Virus genome (UHGV): UHGV-0154790
Strand: one strand, 5' to 3'
DNA from: a virus
Length of the DNA stretch: 14,831 nucleotides
This document shows positions 7,604-14,831 of the stretch, in pieces. Each line of letters opens with the position of its first letter. Positions within the stretch are counted from its first letter, which is position 1. The position numbers and the translations under genes are program-made. The notes below the pieces were generated by a model that was not told where the DNA came from, did no database searches, and saw nothing but the letters and a program-made list of their open reading frames with translations.

Positions 7604-8844
7604 TGTTCTTTTCGGGATTATTTCAACGAAAAAGTGACGCACCGGTGACCACGCCAGCAGAGCTGGCGGATGCCATCGGGTTGTCCTACGACACCTATAC
7701 CGGAAAGCAGATCAGCAGTCAGCGGGCCATGCGACTGACGGCGGTTTTTTCCTGCGTCAGAGTGCTGGCAGAGTCGGTCGGGATGTTGCCCTGCAATCTG
7801 TATCACCTGAACGGCAGCCTGAAGCAGAGAGCCACCGGCGAACGTCTGCATAAACTGATCTCCACGCATCCCAATGGCTATATGACGCCGCAGGAGTTCT
7901 GGGAGCTGGTGGTCACCTGTCTGTGCCTGCGGGGAAACTTTTACGCCTACAAAGTGAAAGCATTTGGCGAAGTGGCTGAACTGCTGCCCGTCGATCCCGG
8001 CTGTGTGGTACCGAAGCTTAACAGTAGCTGGGAGCCGATCTATCAGGTCACATTCCCGGATGGCTCCACGGATGTACTGAGCCAGGAGGATATCTGGCAT
8101 GTGCGCACGCTGACGCTGGACGGACTGGTGGGGCTGAATCCCATCGCCTATGCCCGCGAGGCAATATCGCTGGCAGCTGCGACCGAAGAGCACGGGGCCA
8201 GACTGTTCAGCAATGGCGCGGTGACGTCGGGTGTGTTGCGTACAGAGCAGACGCTGTCAGATCAGGCTTATGAGCGCCTGAAGAAAGATTTTGAGGAGCG
8301 TCACACCGGGCTTGGCAATGCTCACCGCCCGATGATCCTTGAGATGGGGCTGGACTGGAAGTCGATGGCGCTGAACGCCGAGGACAGCCAGTTCCTGGAA
8401 ACCCGCAAGTTTCAGCTTGAAGAAATCTGTCGTCTGTTCCGGGTGCCGTTGCACATGGTGCAGAACACCGATCGCGCCACCTTCAACAATATCGAAGAGC
8501 TGGGGCTGGGATTTATCAACTATTCACTGGTGCCGTATCTGACCCGCATCGAACAGCGGATCAACACCGGACTGGTACGAAAAAGTAAGCAGGGCGTTTA
8601 TTACGCCAAATTTAACGCCGGGGCGTTACTGCGCGGGGATATGAAGTCCCGTTTTGAAGCCTACGCCACCGGGATTAACTGGGGAATTTACTCTCCCAAT
8701 GACTGCCGCGACCTGGAAGATATGAATCCGCGTCCCGGTGGTGATGTCTATCTCACACCGATGAACATGACCACGAAACCCTCCGATGGCAGTAAAGCCG
8801 GTAAGCAGAAGGATAACGCCAATGCAGACGAAACAACGTCTTGA
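7603..8844 (+). CDS. portal protein (HK97 family)
   Basis: 413 aa; GTG start with GGAGG 6 nt upstream; size and position after terL; C-terminal acidic, low-complexity tail. Confidence 0.85.
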   Translation: MFFSGLFQRKSDAPVTTPAELADAIGLSYDTYTGKQISSQRAMRLTAVFSCVRVLAESVGMLPCNLYHLNGSLKQRATGERLHKLISTHPNGYMTPQEFWELVVTCLCLRGNFYAYKVKAFGEVAELLPVDPGCVVPKLNSSWEPIYQVTFPDGSTDVLSQEDIWHVRTLTLDGLVGLNPIAYAREAISLAAATEEHGARLFSNGAVTSGVLRTEQTLSDQAYERLKKDFEERHTGLGNAHRPMILEMGLDWKSMALNAEDSQFLETRKFQLEEICRLFRVPLHMVQNTDRATFNNIEELGLGFINYSLVPYLTRIEQRINTGLVRKSKQGVYYAKFNAGALLRGDMKSRFEAYATGINWGIYSPNDCRDLEDMNPRPGGDVYLTPMNMTTKPSDGSKAGKQKDNANADETTS

Positions 8845-9472
8845 TGTACCGCTGAGTCTGAAATCTGTCAGTGACTCCGGTGAGTTTGAAGGGTATGGCT
8901 CCGTCTTTGGTGTAAAGGACAGCCACGATGATGTGGTGATGTCCGGGGCATTTGCTGCTTCCCTGCGGGCGTGGAGTGACAGAAAAGCGTTACCTGCGCT
9001 GCTCTGGCAGCACCGCATGGATGAACCCATCGGTGTTTACACCGAAATGAAGGAAGACGATGTCGGGCTTTACGTCAGGGGACGGTTGCTTATTGATGAT
9101 GATCCCCTCGCAAAACGCGCACATGCACACATGAAGGCCGGTTCGTTAACCGGCCTTTCTATTGGGTACGTCCTGAAAGACTGGGAATACGACCGGAGCA
9201 AAGAAGCCTTTCTGCTGAAAGAAATCGACCTCTGGGAAGTCAGCCTGGTGACGTTCCCGTCTAACGACGAGGCGCGGATCAGCGACGTCAAGAACGCACT
9301 GGCCCGCGGGAAAATCCCCGAACAGAAAAAAATCGAAAGAGTCCTGCGTGATGTCGGACTCTCCCGTACCCAGGCCAAAGCATTCATGGCCGGGGGCTAT
9401 GGCGCACTGTCCCTGCGCGACGCTGAGGATGTGGGCTCTGCACTGAATGCACTGAAAAATCTGAACTTCTAA
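8822..9472 (+). CDS. prohead maturation protease (HK97 gp4-like)
   Basis: AAGGA 8 nt upstream of ATG 8822 (ATG 8786 has no RBS); position between portal and capsid; HK97-protease-like length. Confidence 0.8.
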   Translation: MQTKQRLDVPLSLKSVSDSGEFEGYGSVFGVKDSHDDVVMSGAFAASLRAWSDRKALPALLWQHRMDEPIGVYTEMKEDDVGLYVRGRLLIDDDPLAKRAHAHMKAGSLTGLSIGYVLKDWEYDRSKEAFLLKEIDLWEVSLVTFPSNDEARISDVKNALARGKIPEQKKIERVLRDVGLSRTQAKAFMAGGYGALSLRDAEDVGSALNALKNLNF

Positions 9473-9486
9473 TCAGGAGAAATACG

Positions 9487-10692
9487 ATGGCGGTTGATAT
9501 TAAAGATGTCGAACAGGTCGCGCAGGAGCTGCAGCAGAAGTTTGACGACTTCAAAGCAAAGAACGACAAGCGCGTGGATGCGATTGAGCAGGAAAAAGGC
9601 AAGCTTGCCGGGCAGGTGGAAACCCTGAACGGGAAACTAAGCGAGCTGGAAAATCTCAAAAGCGACCTTGAAAAAGAGCTGCTTGAGCTGAAACGTCCGG
9701 CTGGTGGAGCGCAAAATAAACTGGCCACCGAGCATAAAGAGGCGTTTGTGGGCTTCCTGCGTAAAGGCCGTGAAGACGGTCTGCGCGATCTGGAGCGTAA
9801 GGCATTGCAGGTGGGTACCGATGAAGACGGTGGCTACGCCGTGCCGGAAGAACTGGATCGCAACATTCTTAACCTGCTGAAAGATGAAGTGGTGATGCGT
9901 CAGGAAGCCACGGTGATCACCGTTGGCGGTTCCGACTACAAAAAACTGGTGAATCTGGGCGGTACGGCTTCCGGATGGGTGGGGGAAACGGATACGCGAT
10001 CCCAGACTGCCACCTCCAGACTGGAGCTGATTGAACCTCTCATGGGGGAAATCTACGGCAACCCGCAGGCTACCCAGAAAATGCTGGACGATGCCTTCTT
10101 CAACGTGGAGGCCTGGATCAACAGCGAGCTGGCAACCGAATTTGCCGAACAGGAAGAAATTGCCTTTACCTCAGGCGATGGCACCAAGAAGCCGAAAGGG
10201 TTCCTGGCGTATGAATCCATCGATGAAACCGACAAGGTCCGGGCGTTCGGCAAACTTCAGCATATTGTATCCGGCGAAGCGACCGCGGTGACCGCAGACG
10301 CCATTATCAAACTGATTTACACGCTGCGTAAGGCACACCGCACTGGCGCGAAGTTCATGATGAACAACAACAGCCTGTTTGCCATCCGTCTGCTGAAAGA
10401 CACCGAGGGTAACTATCTGTGGCGTCCGGGGCTGGAGCTGGGGCAGCCGTCCTCTCTGGCGGGTTACGGTATCGCTGAAAACGAACAGATGCCGGATATC
10501 GCCGCTGATGCGAAAGCCATTGCATTTGGTAACTTCAAACGGGGTTACACCATCGTTGACCGTATCGGCACCCGCATTCTGCGTGACCCGTACACCAATA
10601 AACCGTTTGTCGGTTTTTATACCACCAAGCGCACCGGCGGGATGCTGGTCGATTCGCAGGCCATCAAACTGCTGAAGATTGCAGCGGCGTAA
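9487..10692 (+). CDS. major capsid protein (HK97 fold) with N-terminal scaffold-like delta domain
   Basis: 401 aa; N-terminal ~100 aa charged and coiled-coil-like (ELQQKFDDFKAKNDKRVDAIEQEKGKLAGQVETLNGKLSELENLKSDLEKELLELK); AGGAG RBS; follows the protease gene. Confidence 0.9.
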   Translation: MAVDIKDVEQVAQELQQKFDDFKAKNDKRVDAIEQEKGKLAGQVETLNGKLSELENLKSDLEKELLELKRPAGGAQNKLATEHKEAFVGFLRKGREDGLRDLERKALQVGTDEDGGYAVPEELDRNILNLLKDEVVMRQEATVITVGGSDYKKLVNLGGTASGWVGETDTRSQTATSRLELIEPLMGEIYGNPQATQKMLDDAFFNVEAWINSELATEFAEQEEIAFTSGDGTKKPKGFLAYESIDETDKVRAFGKLQHIVSGEATAVTADAIIKLIYTLRKAHRTGAKFMMNNNSLFAIRLLKDTEGNYLWRPGLELGQPSSLAGYGIAENEQMPDIAADAKAIAFGNFKRGYTIVDRIGTRILRDPYTNKPFVGFYTTKRTGGMLVDSQAIKLLKIAAA

Positions 10693-10698
10693 TCACTC

Positions 10699-10725
10699 AG
10701 GGGCGCGGAACCGCGCCCCCTGTTC
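10699..10725 (+). terminator. GC-rich hairpin after the capsid gene (possible partial terminator or mRNA stabiliser)
   Basis: Perfect inverted repeat GGGGCGCGG-AA-CCGCGCCCC right after the capsid stop; no good U-tract (TGTTCTG). Confidence 0.45.
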
Positions 10726-10741
10726 TGACGGGTGAAGAATC

Positions 10742-10942
10742 ATGATCCTGAAACAAGATCTGAAATGGTCACCGGACGGTATGCGTGTTGAGGTCATTCG
10801 GGCCGGTGAGTATGACGACGGGGCGCTTCCTGCCCGGGTGCAGGAGATTGCACTTCAGGCCGGGTTAGCAGAGCGCGGAATCAGTGCAAAAAGCAGTAAA
10901 GCGGCAAAAGAGAAAAAAGCCACGACCAGTAAAGAGGGCTGA
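10742..10942 (+). CDS. hypothetical small head-module protein (66 aa)
   Basis: ORF tightly packed between the capsid and connector genes; Lys/Ser-rich C-terminus; weak RBS (GGTGAAG). Confidence 0.5.
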   Translation: MILKQDLKWSPDGMRVEVIRAGEYDDGALPARVQEIALQAGLAERGISAKSSKAAKEKKATTSKEG

Positions 10943-10944
10943 GT

Positions 10945-11268
10945 ATGCTTCTGACAATGGAAGAGATTAAAGCCCAACTCCGGCTGGATGAGGATTTCGA
11001 TGCTGATGACCGCCATCTGCAACTGCTGGCCTGTGCGACACAAAAGCGGACGGAAACGTATCTGAACCGGAAGCTCTATGCACCGGATGAAACCATTCCG
11101 GACAGCGATCCGGACGGGCTGCACCTGCCGGATGATATTCGTCTGGGGATGCTGATGCTTATCAGCCATTTTTACGAAAACCGCTCGTCGGTTACGGAAG
11201 TGGAGAAACTCGACATGCCGCAGAGTTTTGGCTGGCTTGTCGGCCCGTACAGGTACTTTCCGCAATGA
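10945..11268 (+). CDS. head-tail connector protein (gp6-like)
   Basis: 107 aa; the MEEIKAQLRLD...LL.A......YL N-terminus resembles the gp6-like connector family; position after the capsid gene; ATGA overlap with the next gene. Confidence 0.7.
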   Translation: MLLTMEEIKAQLRLDEDFDADDRHLQLLACATQKRTETYLNRKLYAPDETIPDSDPDGLHLPDDIRLGMLMLISHFYENRSSVTEVEKLDMPQSFGWLVGPYRYFPQ

Positions 11269-11675
11269 AAATTCGTCAGGCGCAGACCAGCGCAACCTAC
11301 ATTCTGCCGGACCCCGGTGAACTGAATAAACGCGTCCTGATCCGCCAGCGGGTGGATATGCCCGCGGATAACTTTGGCGTGGAGCCTCAATACCCGGTTA
11401 CGTTCCGGACATGGGCGAAGGTTATCCAGACCAGTGCCACCACCTGGCAGGAAACCGCGCAGACCGGGGACGCCATCACCCATTACATCACCATTCGTTA
11501 CCGCCGGGGGATCACTGCTGATTATGAGGTGGTCCGTGATGACAGTGTGTACCGGGTGAAACGTCAGCGCGATCTGAACGGGGCGCGGCGCTTTCTGCTG
11601 CTGGAGTGTACGGAGCTGGGCGAATGTAGGCAGAGTCACGGAGGCAGCAATGGCGACTCCCTTTTTTCACGTTGA
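11265..11675 (+). CDS. head-tail adaptor / head closure protein
   Basis: 136 aa; position and size in an HK97-like head-tail joining block; start coupled to the upstream stop. Confidence 0.6.
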   Translation: MKIRQAQTSATYILPDPGELNKRVLIRQRVDMPADNFGVEPQYPVTFRTWAKVIQTSATTWQETAQTGDAITHYITIRYRRGITADYEVVRDDSVYRVKRQRDLNGARRFLLLECTELGECRQSHGGSNGDSLFSR

Positions 11676-12156
11676 TGTTCAGCAGCCCGCCGAGATGCGC
11701 TTTAACCGCGCCCGTGTCCGGCGGGCGTTTGTCACGATTGGGCAGCGTCATATGCGTGATGCCCGTCGGCTGGTGATGCGCCGTGCGCGGTCGGCACCGG
11801 GTGAAAACCCCGGTTATCAGACCGGACGCCTGGCTCGTTCGATTGGTTATATGGTGCCGAGAGCCAGTAAAAAGCGAGCCGGTTTTATGACACGCATTGC
11901 CCCTAACCAGCGCAACGGGAAGGGGAACCGGATGATCTCTGGTGACTTCTATCCGGCGTTTCTGTTTTTTGGTGTCCGGGGAGGAGCAAAACGTCGTCGT
12001 AGTCATCATCGTGGTGCATCCGGTGGCAGCGGCTGGCGACTGGCTCCACGTAATAACTTCATGGTGGAAACTCTTGAAAAGAACCGCAGCTGGACACGCT
12101 ATTTTCTGGCGCGGGAATTGCGTAAATCACTGAAGCCGGAGCGACGACACAGATGA
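11650..12156 (+). CDS. HK97 gp10-like virion morphogenesis protein
   Basis: 168 aa, very basic; GGAGG 5 nt upstream of ATG 11650; position in the head-tail joining block; ATGA overlap with the next gene. Confidence 0.6.
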   Translation: MATPFFHVDVQQPAEMRFNRARVRRAFVTIGQRHMRDARRLVMRRARSAPGENPGYQTGRLARSIGYMVPRASKKRAGFMTRIAPNQRNGKGNRMISGDFYPAFLFFGVRGGAKRRRSHHRGASGGSGWRLAPRNNFMVETLEKNRSWTRYFLARELRKSLKPERRHR

Positions 12157-12713
12157 AACTGACACCTGTTATTGCTGCGCTGCGTGCCCGCTGCCCGTAT
12201 TTTGAAAACCGGGTGGCAGGCGCGGCACAGTTCAAAAATCTGCCGGAGGTCGGAAAGCTGAGACTCCCGGCGGCGTATGTGGTACCGGGTGATGACTCTC
12301 CGGGAGAAAACAAAAGCCAGACCGACTACTGGCAGGAGCTGAAAGAGGGCTTCTCCGTGGTTGTCATACTGAGTAACGGGCGTGATGAGCGCGGTCAGTT
12401 TGCCTCGTATGATGTGGTGGACGATGTCCGGCAGATGCTCTTTAAGGCCCTGCTGGGCTGGAACCCGGAAGCGTGCGGTAACCCGATTACCTATGACGGC
12501 GGCACGCTGCTGGATCTGAATCGTCATGAGCTGATTTATCAGTTCGATTTTTCGGTCATCAGCGAGCTGACTGAAGACGATACCCGCCAGCAGGATGATC
12601 TGAACAGTCTGGATGAACTGCAAACGCTGGCGATTGATGTTGATTATCTCGAGCCCGGTAACGGGCCTGACGGCGATATCGAACATCACACCGAAATAAC
12701 CCTTCCTTCCTGA
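12153..12713 (+). CDS. tail-associated protein upstream of sheath (Mu-like gp37/DUF1834-type; possible tail terminator or completion protein)
   Basis: 186 aa with an acidic C-terminus; immediately precedes the small ORF and the sheath gene, as in Mu-like tail modules; GGAG RBS. Confidence 0.55.
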   Translation: MKLTPVIAALRARCPYFENRVAGAAQFKNLPEVGKLRLPAAYVVPGDDSPGENKSQTDYWQELKEGFSVVVILSNGRDERGQFASYDVVDDVRQMLFKALLGWNPEACGNPITYDGGTLLDLNRHELIYQFDFSVISELTEDDTRQQDDLNSLDELQTLAIDVDYLEPGNGPDGDIEHHTEITLPS

Positions 12714-12721
12714 GGATCCTC

Positions 12722-12892
12722 ATGTTTGTCAAACCTGTTAAAGGGCGGTCAGTTCCTGACCCTGCCCGCGGCGACCTTTTGCCCGCCGAAGGGCGAAATG
12801 TTGACGAGAACAACTACTGGCTGCGCCGTGAAGCAGCGGGTGATATCCGGCGCGTGAATAAAAAGGTGAACACCGATGACGATAAGCTTTAA
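12722..12892 (+). CDS. small conserved phage protein (56 aa, DUF2635-like; absent from the ORF track)
   Basis: ATG 12722 with GAGGA 5 nt upstream; translation MFVKPVKGRSVPDPARGDLLPAEGRNVDENNYWLRREAAGDIRRVNKKVNTDDDKL; stop TAA 12890-12892 overlaps the sheath start at 12876 in another frame. Confidence 0.6.
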   Translation: MFVKPVKGRSVPDPARGDLLPAEGRNVDENNYWLRREAAGDIRRVNKKVNTDDDKL

Positions 12893-14372
12893 CACCATTC
12901 CGTCGAATACGCTGGTTCCGCTGTTTTATGCGGAAATGGATAATCAGGCGGCGAATACTGCACAGGACAGCGGAGCATCGCTGCTGATTGGTCATGCCAA
13001 TAACGGTGCAGAGATTGTTGCCAACAGTCTGGTACTGATGCCGTCGGCAGACTATGCACGCCAGATTTGTGGTGCGGGAAGTCAGCTGGCGCGTATGGTC
13101 GAGGCTTATCGCCAGACCGACCCGTTTGGCGAGCTGTATGTGATTGCCGTTCCTGAATCCACAGGCGCGGCGGCAACGGTTACGCTGACGGTGACCGGGG
13201 AGGCAACCGAAACCGGCACGGTGAATGTCTATGTGGGACGTACCCGCGTGCAGGCTCCGGTGACCAACGGCGATAACGTCACGACGATTGCCAGCAGTAT
13301 CCAGGATGCCATCAATGCCGTTCCGGCCCTGCCGTTTACGGCTTCATCTTCGGCAGGCGTGGTCACACTGACCGCGCGTCATAAGGGGCTTTGCGGGAAT
13401 GAAATTCCTGTCAGCCTCAATTACTACGGCTTTGGTGGGGGCGAAGTGCTGCCTGCGGGCGTACAGATTGCCGTGGCGACGGGGACCGCCGGAACGGGCT
13501 CTCCTGTTCTCACCGGCGCGGTGGCTGCAATGGCGGATGAGCCGTTTGATTATATCGGCCTGCCGTTCAACGACACGGCCTCCGTTAACACGCTGGTGAC
13601 CGAGATGAACGATACCAGCGGTCGCTGGAGCTATGCGCGTCAGCTGTATGGTCATGTGTATACGGCAAAGATCGGCACGCTGTCAGAACTGGTGACCGCA
13701 GGTGACCAGTTTAACCAGCAGCACATTACCCTGGCGGGGTACGAAAAAGAGACCCAGACGCCTGCCGACGAACTGGCGGCAAGCCGTACCGCCCGCGCAG
13801 CGGTGTTTATTCGCAACGATCCGGCACGTCCCACGCAGACCGGTGAGCTGGTGGGTATGCTGCCTGCGCCGAAGGGGAAACGGTTCACGATGACCGAACA
13901 ACAGACCCTGCTGTCTCATGGCGTGGCAACGGCGTATGTCGAAAGCGGGGTACTGCGCATTCAGCGTGATGTCACCACGTACAGGAAAAACGCTTACGGG
14001 GTTGCGGATAACAGCTACCTAGACAGTGAGACTCTGCATTCCAGCGCGTATGTACTGCGCAAACTGAAATCCGTCATTACCAGTAAGTACGGGCGTCACA
14101 AGCTTGCCAGTGACGGTACCCGCTTTGGTCCCGGTCAGGCGATTGTCACCCCGGCGGTGATCAAAGGGGAACTGCTGGCAACCTACCGTCAGCTTGAGCG
14201 TGCGGGGATCGTGGAAAACTACGAACTGTTTAAGCAGTACCTGGTTGTGGAGCGTGATGCCAGCGATCCGAACCGCCTGAACACGCTGTTCCCGCCTGAC
14301 TATGTTAACCAGTTGCGTGTCTTTGCCGTGGTTAACCAGTTCCGTCTTCAGTATTCAGAGGAGTCTGCATAA
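12876..14372 (+). CDS. contractile tail sheath protein (Mu gpL-like)
   Basis: 498 aa; first large gene of the tail module, followed by a 118-aa tube-sized gene; AAAGGTG RBS. Confidence 0.75.
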   Translation: MTISFNTIPSNTLVPLFYAEMDNQAANTAQDSGASLLIGHANNGAEIVANSLVLMPSADYARQICGAGSQLARMVEAYRQTDPFGELYVIAVPESTGAAATVTLTVTGEATETGTVNVYVGRTRVQAPVTNGDNVTTIASSIQDAINAVPALPFTASSSAGVVTLTARHKGLCGNEIPVSLNYYGFGGGEVLPAGVQIAVATGTAGTGSPVLTGAVAAMADEPFDYIGLPFNDTASVNTLVTEMNDTSGRWSYARQLYGHVYTAKIGTLSELVTAGDQFNQQHITLAGYEKETQTPADELAASRTARAAVFIRNDPARPTQTGELVGMLPAPKGKRFTMTEQQTLLSHGVATAYVESGVLRIQRDVTTYRKNAYGVADNSYLDSETLHSSAYVLRKLKSVITSKYGRHKLASDGTRFGPGQAIVTPAVIKGELLATYRQLERAGIVENYELFKQYLVVERDASDPNRLNTLFPPDYVNQLRVFAVVNQFRLQYSEESA

Positions 14373-14728
14373 TGGCCCGTATCGGGGGAACCTGTTATTT
14401 CAAAATTGACGGTCAACAGCTATCGCTGACCGGCGGCATTGAGGTGCCCATGAACAGGACGGTCAATGATGACATCATCGGCCTGGACGGTTCAGTGGAC
14501 CGCAAGGAAACTCACCGTGCGCCTTATGTCAAAGGGACTTTCAAGGTGCCGAAGAATTTTCCGGTGAACAAAATCACCTCGTCTGATGAGATGACCATCA
14601 CTGCCGAGCTGGCGAACGGTCAGGTCTATGTACTGTCGTCTGCCTGGCTGCACGGCGAAGCGAACCATAATGCTGAAGAAGGTACGGTTGATCTTGAGTT
14701 CCACGGTGAAGAAGGGGATTACCAGTAA
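14372..14728 (+). CDS. tail tube protein (Mu gpM-like)
   Basis: 118 aa; directly after the sheath with start overlapping the sheath stop (TAATG); GAGGAG RBS. Confidence 0.7.
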   Translation: MARIGGTCYFKIDGQQLSLTGGIEVPMNRTVNDDIIGLDGSVDRKETHRAPYVKGTFKVPKNFPVNKITSSDEMTITAELANGQVYVLSSAWLHGEANHNAEEGTVDLEFHGEEGDYQ

Positions 14729-14831
14729 TGAAAGAGCTTGAGTTAAAGAAACCGATTACTGCTCATGGCGAGACACTCTCCGTACTGGAGTTTGATGAGC
14801 CCACCGGGAAGGATGTCCGCGAGCTGGGATA
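14728..14831 (+). CDS. tail assembly protein, 5' partial (runs off the window end)
   Basis: ATG 14728 overlaps the tube stop (TAATG); GAAGG RBS; open frame MKELELKKPITAHGETLSVLEFDEPTGKDVRELG continues to the window edge. Confidence 0.5.
   Translation, partial: MKELELKKPITAHGETLSVLEFDEPTGKDVRELG

Noticed and set aside
8786-8821. ATG 8786 as the protease start
   Set aside because: No RBS, and it would overlap the portal by 59 nt; ATG 8822 has AAGGA at proper spacing.
12099-12689. Long minus-strand ORFs (12099-12689, 7618-8193, 11512-12009, 5445-5885, 913-1293, 10855-11295 and others)
   Set aside because: Each lies entirely antisense to a well-supported + strand gene with RBS and coupling signals; they are typical shadow ORFs in GC-rich coding sequence.
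1-14831. CRISPR arrays, tRNA/rRNA genes, IS elements, integrase or att sites, multi-gene defence cassette
   Set aside because: No spacer-repeat periodicity, no tRNA-like sequence, and no transposase or integrase ORF was seen; all large ORFs are accounted for by phage late functions.

Overview
The window reads as the late (right-hand) half of a mosaic lambdoid prophage, almost certainly enterobacterial, with every supported gene on the + strand. In order: the end of the nin region (NinF-like zinc finger, a hypothetical protein, a YbcO-like DUF1364 protein, RusA, NinH); the late antiterminator Q with its pR'/qut promoter and a short terminator; a lambda-type lysis cassette (S holin/antiholin, R transglycosylase, Rz with embedded Rz1); an accessory stretch (a Rha-family protein plus about 360 bp of non-coding DNA); an HK97-type packaging and head module (HNH endonuclease, candidate cos region, small and large terminase, a small membrane protein, portal, prohead protease, major capsid, head-tail joining proteins); and the start of a Mu-like contractile tail module (sheath, tube). 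Q and the lysis genes look essentially lambda-like from memory, while the head is HK97-like and the tail myovirus-like, an SfV-like architecture. I do not see a convincing multi-gene novel system here (no defence cassette, toxin cargo, CRISPR, tRNA or IS element). The items worth a second look are small: the accessory locus after Rz, a tiny membrane protein between terminase and portal, the putative cos region, two small genes absent from the ORF track, and one unassigned nin-region protein. All family assignments rest on motif recognition and gene order; none has been confirmed by a database search.
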